A DNA stretch of 64,000 bases from Candidatus Latescibacterota bacterium. Its GTDB lineage: Bacteria > Latescibacterota > UBA2968 > GCA-2709665. Where the stretch lies: NCBI GenBank assembly GCA_965226795.1, contig CBDDDZ010000004.1, positions 192,001 through 256,000 on the forward strand, written 5' to 3'. The notes beneath the pieces are model-generated. The model saw nothing but the letters and a program-made list of their open reading frames with translations, made no database searches and had not been told where the DNA came from. The position numbers were made by a program, and so were the translations under genes. The number at the start of each line of letters is the position of its first letter. Position 1 is the first letter of the stretch. This document shows, piece after piece, positions 20,850 to 31,028 of this stretch.

Positions 20850-21193
20850 GTCGGGATCGGCAGGGTTCATCGCCCAGGCCTGCCGCCCGGGATTAAGTGC
20901 TTGACAATGGAGACTGGCGGGGGCTACTTATCTGAAAATCAGAGCGCGGAACGGCCAGGCTTTTTCCGGGACGGCGGCGAACTGCCGTCTCTTGTGCGCC
21001 GGTTGGCGCCGCAATCAGTCTATCTGGTCCACCGCGACGCGGATGCGCGCCCCACCCTGGCGTCGGACGTCGATGTATTCCTTATCTCGTGGAACTGAAC
21101 GTAATTTCAGAAACAGTCGGCTGGCCGATCCGCATCCGGGAGTCGTCCAATCAGGGGCAGATTGCACGAGGAGAACGGTGAGGGTAAAATCCA

Positions 21194-24100
21194 ATGATTG
21201 ATTTTATATCCGCAGGTACACCGGCGGAGGTGCTGGCGGCAGGCATCTTCCTGCTTCTGCTTTTTGGATTGCCACAGCCGGGCAATGCGTCCGTTGCGCG
21301 CGCCTACTATACCCCCGCACGGATGGACGTGGTTCGGCGCAATCTGGAACATTATGACTGGGCTCGGGACCAGAGATCGGAGATAATGAGCAGGGCGGAG
21401 CATTGGGCCGGCTACGAAGACGCGAAGCTGCGAACCCTCGTTTCACCGCCTCAGGTACCGCGGGGATACCAGGTGCATAACGATGGGTGTCCCGTACACG
21501 GCGTGAAGGTCCACGAACAGGGACTTTACAGGTGGATTATAGACTTTGACAGACCCTACAAGATAACGTGTCCGGTGGGCGGAGAGACCTATCCATCGAA
21601 CGATTTCGAAGCATTTCTGGCCACGGGCATGCAAGACAGGTCCCTGCTGACCGGTCCGTACGCCGACGACGGATGGGGGTGGCATCGTCCCGGCGACCAC
21701 GTGCCGGCAAACCACTGGTTCGTGGCATATTACGCGCACTGGAGTATGATGCGGTTCCTGATGGAGGCGATCGAGGTTCTGGGCCAGGCGGCAGTGCTTG
21801 CGGAGGATAGTGATCGGGCGAAACTGTACGCGCACAAATGTGCGCTTCTGCTCTGGCAGCTGGCAGAGTACTATCCCGATTACGAATACGATAGGCAGTC
21901 CAGGGAAACCAAGGAGCACAACCCCAACTATACGGGCAAGCTGTTCAATATGATCTGGGCAACGCGACCGCCTCATACGTGTGCAATCGCTTACGATGCG
22001 GTGCGACCCTTTCTGGATGGCGACGTCGTGCTTCAGAGGCTCTCGGGCAAGACAGGTCCGGAGATTGACTCGACGATCCGGGAGCGGTTGCTTCTCGAGG
22101 CGGCCAGATGCATTATGGATGGGAGGGAGGGACGCATCAGGGGCAACTACGGAATGCACCAGAGGGCGTTGCTGATGCTGGCGCAGGTACTTGCGACTTC
22201 CGAGGGCCATCCCCACACCGGGGAGATGATACGGTATGTACTGGAAAATCCGAACCTCGTAAGAGACACGGATATGGGGTTGCGGGATGCGCTTGAGAAT
22301 CTGGTCTACCGCGACGGCATGCCGCATGAGTCGCTCGGATACAACGTGATCTGGGTACACGATTTGACGGAGCTGGCGGCCTTGATGGTGGATACAGGCA
22401 TTAACCTTTTCGAACACCCGCGATACAGGAAGCTCGTGACCTGGGCGTTTGACGTTTGTATCGCGGGAAAGTTTACCCCTTCCACCGGGGATTCGGGCGA
22501 TATGTTTGCTCAGGGTGGCGCGTGGCAGCCCGCCGTATGCCAGATCGCGCTGCCGTATGTGAACGACGCCCGCCTCGCGTGGGTTCTGAAGACGCAGCCG
22601 GGCGTCCGCCAGGATCTGTTCACCAAACCGGTTGAGGCGCAGCTTTCGGAGCTGCCGGAAGAAGAGGACCCTGAGATCGGGACAAGCTCGTTTCATTTTC
22701 CTGCGTACGGAATGGCGAATCTTCAGTGCGGGAACGAAACGAACCGGTCGGCCGTTTCGTTCTTTTACGGCGACCACCAGGCCCACCGGCATTGTGATCA
22801 GTTGAACATCCTGTTTTTCTCCCACGACAACGCGCTGTTGACCGATATCGGGTACCCTGAGCAGACGGATTCGTTCAACCACCGGCTCGCCGGTTTTTTT
22901 ACCAACACAGTGGCGCACAATACGGTGGTGGTTGATGAAGTCAGGCAGGGGCGTGGACCGGGGCGGCTGCACGGACTGGTGACGGGGGGTTTCGCGCAGG
23001 CCGTCGATGCGTCCTGCGACGGCGCCTATGAGGGGAGGGTTGATCTCTACCGGCGGGCGAATATGCTGGTTGAGGCGGCCCCCGGACAGCACTACCTGTT
23101 TGACATATTTTATGTGAACGGGGGCCGCCAGCACGACTACATGCTTCACGGCAATCAGGCGGAGTTCGTCTGCAGGCCCGCCCTGGGGCCGGTCCGGGAG
23201 TCGGGGACGCTCGCAGGTGAGGACGTGCCCTACGAGCAGTTTTACGACGATCCCGAGTTGAAGGATAAACGTCTGTCCAGCGTTCCGTACACCGGGTACC
23301 GCGGTAGCGGGTACCAGTTTCTGTACAATGTGCAGAAGGGACATATGAATGGGAACGCGATTGCGGAATGGAGACTTACGGAGCCTATTGAGGGCCAGCC
23401 GGAACGCCCCTGGCGGGGCATCGGACTTCGAGCGCATCTGATCGGACGGGACGAGGAACTTTTCGCGTGCGACGGCCCGGTCCAGAAGTACAAATACCTG
23501 CCGGACAATGTGAAGTTCCTGGTGCGCCGGCGAACCGGCCCGGGTCTTTCCAGCCGGTTTGTCACGGTGTTCGAACCCTATAAAGACCGGGCTTGGATCC
23601 GGCGTACCACACAGGTCGAATTGACGCCGGACGGGTTTGGGGCGTCCGCGGTCCGGGTGGACCTGGAAGACGGGAGCACCCACTATCTGTTTCACGCGCT
23701 GGATGCAGACCAGGAGCATACGATGGAGAACGGCATCAGGGTGGCGGGGCAGATGGCCGTTCTGGCGCTTGATAAACGCGGGCGTCCGGATCGGGCGATG
23801 CTATTCAACGGCAGGATTCTGGCAATGGACGGATTCAGGCTGGCAGGAAGAGGAGTGGGCCGCAGCCGGATCGCGTCCGTGGATTACACGCGGGGGACAG
23901 TTGAGCTTGTCGACCCCGTGATCGACGGCGAACTCCCTTCAGGGCAGGCCATTCCGGTGGTTTCGGATGGGTATTCGGGCAGTGTTACGCTGTCGACGGT
24001 GATTGACCGGCGGCGGTTTTCCATTGGAGACGAAGACGTGAGAGTGGCCGGCGGACCGGTGCTGGGTGTAAGTGCCGACCGCCTTCTCACGAGCGCGTCC

Positions 24101-24334
24101 AATCCTCACGCGCACGTCGGAATGTCACTCCTGAACAGCCGGAACGAGCCACAGGGACGGTTGGCGGAGAAGGTGGACGGCGGCTGGCGGATCGACCGCG
24201 AGGGTAGAGGGCCGATGACATTGGAAGACTTCCCTGTGGCCGAGGGCGATGCCGGGCCCCGGTATTCGGTGGCGATGGTGGGCGCGGGCGATTGGGTGGA
24301 GATTCCAAGCGTGGTACATTTTTCAAGGACGTGA
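21194..24334 (+). CDS. heparinase II/III family protein (alpha-toroid + beta-supersandwich), predicted secreted
   Basis: Hydrophobic N-terminus; DGMPHESLGY, H.H.DQLNI, DIGYP, TVAHNTVVVD. Confidence 0.8.
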   Translation: MIDFISAGTPAEVLAAGIFLLLLFGLPQPGNASVARAYYTPARMDVVRRNLEHYDWARDQRSEIMSRAEHWAGYEDAKLRTLVSPPQVPRGYQVHNDGCPVHGVKVHEQGLYRWIIDFDRPYKITCPVGGETYPSNDFEAFLATGMQDRSLLTGPYADDGWGWHRPGDHVPANHWFVAYYAHWSMMRFLMEAIEVLGQAAVLAEDSDRAKLYAHKCALLLWQLAEYYPDYEYDRQSRETKEHNPNYTGKLFNMIWATRPPHTCAIAYDAVRPFLDGDVVLQRLSGKTGPEIDSTIRERLLLEAARCIMDGREGRIRGNYGMHQRALLMLAQVLATSEGHPHTGEMIRYVLENPNLVRDTDMGLRDALENLVYRDGMPHESLGYNVIWVHDLTELAALMVDTGINLFEHPRYRKLVTWAFDVCIAGKFTPSTGDSGDMFAQGGAWQPAVCQIALPYVNDARLAWVLKTQPGVRQDLFTKPVEAQLSELPEEEDPEIGTSSFHFPAYGMANLQCGNETNRSAVSFFYGDHQAHRHCDQLNILFFSHDNALLTDIGYPEQTDSFNHRLAGFFTNTVAHNTVVVDEVRQGRGPGRLHGLVTGGFAQAVDASCDGAYEGRVDLYRRANMLVEAAPGQHYLFDIFYVNGGRQHDYMLHGNQAEFVCRPALGPVRESGTLAGEDVPYEQFYDDPELKDKRLSSVPYTGYRGSGYQFLYNVQKGHMNGNAIAEWRLTEPIEGQPERPWRGIGLRAHLIGRDEELFACDGPVQKYKYLPDNVKFLVRRRTGPGLSSRFVTVFEPYKDRAWIRRTTQVELTPDGFGASAVRVDLEDGSTHYLFHALDADQEHTMENGIRVAGQMAVLALDKRGRPDRAMLFNGRILAMDGFRLAGRGVGRSRIASVDYTRGTVELVDPVIDGELPSGQAIPVVSDGYSGSVTLSTVIDRRRFSIGDEDVRVAGGPVLGVSADRLLTSASNPHAHVGMSLLNSRNEPQGRLAEKVDGGWRIDREGRGPMTLEDFPVAEGDAGPRYSVAMVGAGDWVEIPSVVHFSRT

Positions 24335-24511
24335 TTGTATTGCGGGCAGCGGGCGATGGTCGAAAGCGACGCCGCTGTTTCTGCACGGACTGACGGTGTC
24401 CGGGCGGGTCGCCGGCGGCTTGAAAGGACGGCTGGATTTGAAGAACTTTCTCGCAGACACGCGCGATCGCGGATCGGCCGCCCTGTCCGCAGGGCCGGGA
24501 TGGGTCTTCTG

Positions 24512-25516
24512 ATGTCCGGACGACGGAAGTTAATGGGTGCGCTCGACGAGGTCCGTCGGAAGGGCGCGGCATGGTTGATGAGGCATCTGAATGCGGATGG
24601 CTCCCTGGGAGATCCGACCGAAGGTTTTCATATTTACCGGGCGCCGTGGACGTTTTCGATTGTTGGCGAATCCGGGGCGGCGGCCGGGATCTGCGATTGG
24701 ATCCGGCGGGAGATGTTGACCGCGGAGGGCAGAATCGAGGGGCCGTATCGCGTGTTCGACGATGCGTACGCCTACCGGAACGCCACACTGATTGTCGGCG
24801 CGCATCTCGCGCGGCAGTATGATCTGAGCTATGGGTTGATGCCGGATCTGCTTTCGTGGCAGGACAGCGCCTCGGGCGGTTTTCGCAACGACCGCATGGC
24901 AGACGGCGGCATGAACGACCGCATGGATATCCCGTACGCATGCGGTCCCGGGTTGGCGTGCCTTGCAACCGGTCGACTGGACATCGCGGGTTGTGTTTAT
25001 CGTTTTTTGCAGCGAATGTATTCGGCGCAGATGGAATTACCCGAGCGGTTCTACTATGCCTGGTCGTGTAAAGACGGCGGCGTGATCACCGACTTTACGG
25101 ATGATGAGGCCTTCCGGCACGTGGTGTACAACCCTGTGGACCGTCCGCAACGTTGGACCGTCGGGGGCATCGCGGCCGGGTTTCTGTGTCGACTTTACCT
25201 GGCGGAGCCTCGCCCCGAATACCTGGCGCTGGCGCGACGTTACCAGGCCTTTTCAATGGCAGCGACGAATGCACAGTTCAAGTACGCGCAGGTCTGCAAA
25301 AGCAGTTGGGGAGCTTCGCTTCTGTATCAACTAACCGGCGAACGCGCTTATCTGGACTGGGCATGCCGCATGGGCGACTGGTACATTCAGACCCAGCAAC
25401 GGGAGGGGTGCTGGCACTGGACGGGATACGAGACACTTGGATCGCGCATCGAACTGACGCTGGAATTTGTCATGCACACGGACACGTTGATCGGCGGTCT
25501 GGCGTCCCGGATGTGA
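24512..25516 (+). CDS. hypothetical protein, possibly an (alpha/alpha) toroid
   Basis: Long ORF in the operon with WL...LNADGS, WQD..SGGF and Q..EG.W repeats; start uncertain. Confidence 0.6.
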   Translation: MSGRRKLMGALDEVRRKGAAWLMRHLNADGSLGDPTEGFHIYRAPWTFSIVGESGAAAGICDWIRREMLTAEGRIEGPYRVFDDAYAYRNATLIVGAHLARQYDLSYGLMPDLLSWQDSASGGFRNDRMADGGMNDRMDIPYACGPGLACLATGRLDIAGCVYRFLQRMYSAQMELPERFYYAWSCKDGGVITDFTDDEAFRHVVYNPVDRPQRWTVGGIAAGFLCRLYLAEPRPEYLALARRYQAFSMAATNAQFKYAQVCKSSWGASLLYQLTGERAYLDWACRMGDWYIQTQQREGCWHWTGYETLGSRIELTLEFVMHTDTLIGGLASRM

Positions 25517-25528
25517 GGAGGATGCATC

Positions 25529-26539
25529 GTGCGGGTTCTTGTAACCGGGGCGACGGGCCGAATCGGACGACACCTGGTACGTGCGCTGGCCGAGGCAAGG
25601 CATACCGTCCGGGCGCTTGTAATGCCGCAGGACCAACGGGCGGCGGGTCTGGCGCCGGACGTTCAGGTCGTTTTCGGACGGCTCGAAGAACCTGCCTCGC
25701 TTGAACCCGCGGTGGGGGATGTGGACGCCGTATTCCACCTGGCCGGCGCTCTGACTTCACGAGGCTGCCGAGAGGAAGAATTCGTCCGGGTGAATCTCCA
25801 GGGCACGTTTAATTTGCTGAAGGCCGCGCGCGACCGGACGGCATCGCTCCTGCACTTTGTTTACGCCAGCAGCGATGCCGTTTATTTCGAGAGGCCGGAT
25901 GCAGACGCCCGGTACCTGCCCGTGGACGAAGACCATCCCCGGTTGTCGGGTTCGGTTTACGGCGCCAGCAAAATTGGCGCGGAGGAACTCTGTCTGAGTT
26001 TCGGCCGCGGTTTCGGCCTACCCGTGACGATCTTGAGATTTGGCGCAACCGCGGACGCCGCGGAACTCATCGATCCGAACAGCGTATTCGCGCGCTGGTT
26101 GTTTCTGAGCGCGGCGATTGACCATGCAAGCGCAATGACTGCGGCGAATGGCGCGCAGATAAAGACGCGGGCGGTTTTGGAAGCGTTGTATTCCGGTGTC
26201 GAGCAACTCGTTGTTTACGCGGACTGCGACGGGAACGCCGAGGTTCGGCAGTGGGCCGATGCTCGCGATATCGCCGCGGGATGTATCCGCGTACTGGGGA
26301 AGGCGGCGGCGGTGGGACAGGTATTCAACCTGGGGGGACGGGAACCGCATGGCGCGAGGGAGTTCGTTACGTTCCTGGCCGCGCGATTGCAACTGCCGCA
26401 TGTGACGGCACGTATTCCAACCGCACGACGGCCCTGGTATATCACCAGCGACAAGGCGAAATGCATGCTGGGTTATGAAGCCCGGTACACGGTGTATGAT
26501 ATGGCGGAAGAAGCGATTCGGATGCGGGTGACGTCGTGA
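25529..26539 (+). CDS. NAD-dependent epimerase/dehydratase
   Basis: VLVTGATGRIG, FHLAG, YASS, YGASK. Confidence 0.92.
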   Translation: MRVLVTGATGRIGRHLVRALAEARHTVRALVMPQDQRAAGLAPDVQVVFGRLEEPASLEPAVGDVDAVFHLAGALTSRGCREEEFVRVNLQGTFNLLKAARDRTASLLHFVYASSDAVYFERPDADARYLPVDEDHPRLSGSVYGASKIGAEELCLSFGRGFGLPVTILRFGATADAAELIDPNSVFARWLFLSAAIDHASAMTAANGAQIKTRAVLEALYSGVEQLVVYADCDGNAEVRQWADARDIAAGCIRVLGKAAAVGQVFNLGGREPHGAREFVTFLAARLQLPHVTARIPTARRPWYITSDKAKCMLGYEARYTVYDMAEEAIRMRVTS

Positions 26540-27309
26540 TGAATCTTTCATGTTGTGTATGGGCCATCGAAGGGGCCGAAAACGGGATTCCGGCACGGGC
26601 GGCCGCGTTGGGATTTGAGTGGATCGACGTACGGCCGTTCGCATTTTCTTCGGAGGAGGCGCGGCTGAAAATCCGGAAACACGGGCTCTCGGTTTCCTGT
26701 ATTGCGGCATCGTTCGGAATGCCGGAAGGCGCGAGACTGAGCAGCCCCGACCGGGACCCCAAAACGAGAGCCGCATCCTATTACGATCGGACACTGGCCT
26801 TTGGCGCCAGTCTGGGAGCGTCCGCGGCCTACGTCGTTCCGGAGGATGACCCGGCGTCTCTGGATAGATACGCGGTCGGGTTGAAAAGGATGGCCGACCG
26901 GGCCGACGAATTGGGTGTGCGGTTGTGCGTGGAACATTTCCCGGATTCCGCGCTGCCCACAGCCTCCGGAACGATTGCCTTCTTGCGGGACGTGGGGCAT
27001 CCAAACCTGTTCCTGCTGCTGGATATCGGCCACGCGCAGATGTCCGGCGAAGACCCGGCCTCGGTGATTTCGGACGCGGGACCCCTGCTGGGTTACGTCC
27101 ATCTGGACGACAACGACGGATCGCATGATTTGCATCTGGGCCTGACGGACGGAATTCTGACCGAAGCGATACTGGCAGATAGCTTTGCAGCCTTGAGAGA
27201 TATCGGCTACCGTGGCGGTCTGAGTCTGGAATTACACCCCGGTCTACCGGATCCGATCGATGCGCTCGGACGCAGCCGGGAGATCGTTCGACGGGTAAAC
27301 ATTGGATAG
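26536..27309 (+). CDS. sugar phosphate isomerase/epimerase TIM barrel
   Basis: VEHFP, LDIGH, VHLDDNDG..DLH, SLE. Confidence 0.88.
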   Translation: MMNLSCCVWAIEGAENGIPARAAALGFEWIDVRPFAFSSEEARLKIRKHGLSVSCIAASFGMPEGARLSSPDRDPKTRAASYYDRTLAFGASLGASAAYVVPEDDPASLDRYAVGLKRMADRADELGVRLCVEHFPDSALPTASGTIAFLRDVGHPNLFLLLDIGHAQMSGEDPASVISDAGPLLGYVHLDDNDGSHDLHLGLTDGILTEAILADSFAALRDIGYRGGLSLELHPGLPDPIDALGRSREIVRRVNIG

Positions 27310-27477
27310 TTCCGGAGTCCAGCCAGGACGTATTCCGGTTCGGTCACACCCCGCTGAACCGTCAAAAGCGAAATTACGGCCGGTTGAATCAAGCGCGAGG
27401 ATTGACGCCGTGACGTTCACGGTCGAAATCCCGCGCAGACGAAGCGGGGCCATCGAGCCCTGTGCGAGGAGGCCAGG

Positions 27478-28584
27478 ATGCGGATAGACCCCGATAAAGT
27501 CTACTTGTTTCGAGCCGAAATTACCGGAAACGAGGCGCCTTTCGAGGCATACCGGGACCTTGCCCATGAGGCGTTGCGGAACGTGGATCTGGCGCTTCCC
27601 GAGGCAGGGCCGGTGCTGCTCAAGCCAAATGCGACGGTTCTGTTTCCCGCACAGAAACGAATTGTAACCCACCCGGGCTTTCTGGCGGGTATGGCAGACG
27701 CGCTTGTGGAGAAAGGTGCCGACGCCGGCAGACTGGTGGTGGCGGACGGACAATCCGGCGAACAGCCGGACCTTGGGAATACGTGGAGGGGCGCGGGGTA
27801 CACGAAGATGGCGGTTGGCAGAAAGCTGACGTTGACCCCAATGAACGAGCGGCCCAGCCGGCGGGTTCCTGTACCCGGCGGGGTGGTATTCGAAGCCTAT
27901 CCGATTTATCGGGACGTAACGGACTGCGCGTTCTTTTTCAATGTGCCGCTGGCGAAATGCCACAACCTGGGATGTACGACCCTGGCCATCAAGAACCTGA
28001 TGGGAATCCTGGCGCGGCCGGAGCGACATCTGTGTCACATACAGGATGTTGACCGGCCGTACGAAAGTGGGATCTGGCGGTTGACGGAAAGCGGGTTGAG
28101 CCTGTTTGAAGACCGGTTTTACCACAAATTGTGCGACCTGGTTGCCGCCCTGCGTTCGCTGAAAATTCCCCGGCTTTGCATGGTCGACGGGTTGGTTGGT
28201 AGGGATGGCACCGCGTTTAACGAAGGCGAGAATCATCCGCTGGGTTGGACACTTCTAGGGGAGAACGAAGTACATGTCGACGCGGTTGCGACGTATCTGA
28301 TGGGGCTGGATCCGGAAACAACGCCCTATTTGAGATTTGCGGCCCTGCGCGGCCTTGGCAGCAACAGGCTGGATGAGATCGAGGTGGTGGACCTGGCCGG
28401 CGGCGGGGCGATGGACCGGCAGGCGCTGGCGGAGGTTCGTTCGGGAAAGATATTGATGCCGATCGCCCGTTACGAGGGCGGCTATTATAATCGCTATCGG
28501 GCGGACGGTTCCGTGGTGCCCTGGCGGATTGACGACGTGAACAAGCAGCGGCTCGCGGACGGATTGGAGGCAATCGCGTTGTAG
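27478..28584 (+). CDS. DUF362 domain protein
   Basis: VLLKPN, VTHP, NVPLAKCH, TLAIKNLMG, VDG, VDAVA. Confidence 0.88.
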   Translation: MRIDPDKVYLFRAEITGNEAPFEAYRDLAHEALRNVDLALPEAGPVLLKPNATVLFPAQKRIVTHPGFLAGMADALVEKGADAGRLVVADGQSGEQPDLGNTWRGAGYTKMAVGRKLTLTPMNERPSRRVPVPGGVVFEAYPIYRDVTDCAFFFNVPLAKCHNLGCTTLAIKNLMGILARPERHLCHIQDVDRPYESGIWRLTESGLSLFEDRFYHKLCDLVAALRSLKIPRLCMVDGLVGRDGTAFNEGENHPLGWTLLGENEVHVDAVATYLMGLDPETTPYLRFAALRGLGSNRLDEIEVVDLAGGGAMDRQALAEVRSGKILMPIARYEGGYYNRYRADGSVVPWRIDDVNKQRLADGLEAIAL

Positions 28585-28621
28585 TGTCCCGGCTCACCTG
28601 TTGACTTGACTGGAGATTGGG

Positions 28622-31015
28622 ATGAACCAGACAACCGTAGCGCCCGAATACCGGATGCCGCCTGATGAGATTGCGCCTATTCTGGACGCGCCAACCACAC
28701 CGGATATCAGCGTCGACCCCAACGGCCGGTGGATGCTCGTGCTCGCCAAGCCGAACCTGCCGCCCATCTCGGAATTGGCCCGGCCGGAGTTACGCCTGGC
28801 GGGCCTGCGTATCGACCCTCGTACGAACGGACTGAGCCGTGGGGGATATTATTCGGGTCTCAACCTGATTCGAATTTCCGATGGCATGGCACGCCCGGTT
28901 TCGGGCTTGCCGCAGGAGGGTCGGATAGCCTGGCCGAAATGGGCGCCCGACGGGCGTTGTTTTGCCTTTACCGTCCGTGACGAAACCGGGATCAGGCTGT
29001 GGCTGGCCGAAGTGGATTCCGGCCTGGCGCGACAGGTGTCGGAGATCCGCCTGAACGCGGTCTTCGGCGCGCCTTTCCACTGGATACCCTCAGGACAGGG
29101 AACGGTGAACGTCCGTACGCTGATCGTCCGGGCGGTGTTGAAAGACCCGGGTGAAATCCCCGTGGCGCCTGCGTTTCCCGCAGGGCCTGAGATCCGGGAG
29201 AATGCGGGGCAGCTGGCGCCGTCGCGGACCTATCAGGATCTGTTGAAGGGGGTTCACGACGAAGCGCTCTTCGAATACTTTGCGGCGTCGCGCCTCGTTC
29301 TGATCACATCGGATGGAAGCGAGCGGGAATTGGGCGCCCCGGGAACTATTCGGCGCGCCGAGCCGGCGCCGGGAGGCGCCTACCTGCTGGTGGAGATCCT
29401 CCACCGGCCGTTTTCGTATCTCGTGCCGCACTATCGATTTCCGGTTCGGGTGGAATTGTGGGATATGGACGGTCGGGTTGTCCGGGAACTGGTCGATGCG
29501 CCGCTGGCGGAAAATGTACCCATCGCGTTTGACGCCGTACCCGAGAGCCCGCGCTCGTTTCAGTGGCGCAGCGACGCGAAGGCGACGGTGTGCTGGGTGG
29601 AGGCGCAGGATGGCGGCGACCCGTCGGTAGCGACAGACGTGCGGGATTTCGTGTACATGCTATCCGAGCCTCCTGACGACGCACCGGCGTTGTTGCAATC
29701 TCTCGAACTCCGGTACGCAGGGTTGACCTGGGGAGACGGTACGATGGCGCTGGTGACCGAGCGGTGGTGGAAGACCCGTCGGACAAGGACCTGGCGGTTT
29801 GCGCCAGACGCGGAAACCACCGACCGTGAGCTGCTTTTCGACCGGTCGTGGGAAGACAGGTACGGCGATCCGGGAACGCCTCTGATGACGTCCACTCCTG
29901 CAGGGCGGAGGGTGTTGCTGACGGGTGATGACGGCCGACATCTTTTCCTGGCCGGCAGCGGGGCATCTCCTGAGGGGGATTTCCCATTCCTGGACCGGCT
30001 CGACCTGTTCACGAAATCGTCAAAGCGGTTGTGGCAATGCGAACCGCCGTATTACGAGCAGCCCGTCAAATTGATCGATGAAGCCGGTTGTCTGCTGTTG
30101 ACGTTGCGTGAGTCGGCCGAAAGCCCGCCAAACGTGTTTTTGCGGGCGCTGGAGACCCGGCACGTCCGGCAGTCGACCACGTTTCCTCACCCGGCGCCAC
30201 AGCTTTCGAAGGTTCGGAAGGAAATCATTCACTACCGGCGGGCGGACGGAGTCGGCTTAAACGGCACCCTTTATCTGCCGCCAGGGTATTCCGAGGAGCA
30301 GGGTCCGCTGCCCTTACTGATGTGGGCGTACCCTCGTGAGTTCAAGAGCGCCGATGCCGCCGCGCAGATCACCGGCTCTCCATATCGATTCACACGTGTG
30401 ACCTGGACGTCGCCCCTGCCCTGGTTGACGCAGGGATATGCGGTCCTGGACGGGCCCACCATGCCGATTGTTGGAGATGACGGCGTGGAAGCCAACGATT
30501 CGTACGTAACCCAGCTGGTATCCAGCGCTGAGGCGGCGGTGGAGGAAGTCGTGCGCCGTGGCGTTGCAGACCGGAAACGCATTGCGATCGGCGGACATTC
30601 CTATGGCGGGTTTATGACTGCAAATCTCCTGGCGCATTGCAATCTGTTTGCGGCGGGCATTGCCCGGAGCGGCGCATACAACCGTACGCTGACGCCTTTT
30701 GGTTTCCAGTCGGAAGAGCGCACGTTCTGGCAGGCGCCGGAGGTCTATTCCGCGATGTCCGCATTCATGCACGCCGACAAAATCAAATCGCCGTTGCTGT
30801 TGATTCATGGCCTGGCCGACGACAATTCCGGGACGTTTCCCATGCAGAGCGAGCGGCTTTACAACGCGCTGAAGGGCCACGGTGCGACAACGCGCCTGGT
30901 GATGCTGCCCCATGAGAGCCACGGCTATAGAGCGCGGGAATCGATAATGCATGCGTTCTGGGAGATGACGGAATGGCTGGCCCGCTACCTGAAGAACGCG
31001 ATAGCGGCTCGATAG
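28622..31015 (+). CDS. S9 family peptidase (glutamyl endopeptidase-like)
   Basis: WAYPREFKS, GGHSYG nucleophile, ARSGAYNRTLTPFGFQ, HG..DDNSGT, ESHGY. Confidence 0.93.
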   Translation: MNQTTVAPEYRMPPDEIAPILDAPTTPDISVDPNGRWMLVLAKPNLPPISELARPELRLAGLRIDPRTNGLSRGGYYSGLNLIRISDGMARPVSGLPQEGRIAWPKWAPDGRCFAFTVRDETGIRLWLAEVDSGLARQVSEIRLNAVFGAPFHWIPSGQGTVNVRTLIVRAVLKDPGEIPVAPAFPAGPEIRENAGQLAPSRTYQDLLKGVHDEALFEYFAASRLVLITSDGSERELGAPGTIRRAEPAPGGAYLLVEILHRPFSYLVPHYRFPVRVELWDMDGRVVRELVDAPLAENVPIAFDAVPESPRSFQWRSDAKATVCWVEAQDGGDPSVATDVRDFVYMLSEPPDDAPALLQSLELRYAGLTWGDGTMALVTERWWKTRRTRTWRFAPDAETTDRELLFDRSWEDRYGDPGTPLMTSTPAGRRVLLTGDDGRHLFLAGSGASPEGDFPFLDRLDLFTKSSKRLWQCEPPYYEQPVKLIDEAGCLLLTLRESAESPPNVFLRALETRHVRQSTTFPHPAPQLSKVRKEIIHYRRADGVGLNGTLYLPPGYSEEQGPLPLLMWAYPREFKSADAAAQITGSPYRFTRVTWTSPLPWLTQGYAVLDGPTMPIVGDDGVEANDSYVTQLVSSAEAAVEEVVRRGVADRKRIAIGGHSYGGFMTANLLAHCNLFAAGIARSGAYNRTLTPFGFQSEERTFWQAPEVYSAMSAFMHADKIKSPLLLIHGLADDNSGTFPMQSERLYNALKGHGATTRLVMLPHESHGYRARESIMHAFWEMTEWLARYLKNAIAAR

Positions 31016-31028
31016 AAGGTTGACAGAA

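Noticed and set aside
21443..23719. 758-aa minus-strand ORF and similar long antisense ORFs (e.g. 35939-37288, 9724-10974)
   Set aside because: These are shadows of well-supported genes on the opposite strand in GC-rich DNA.
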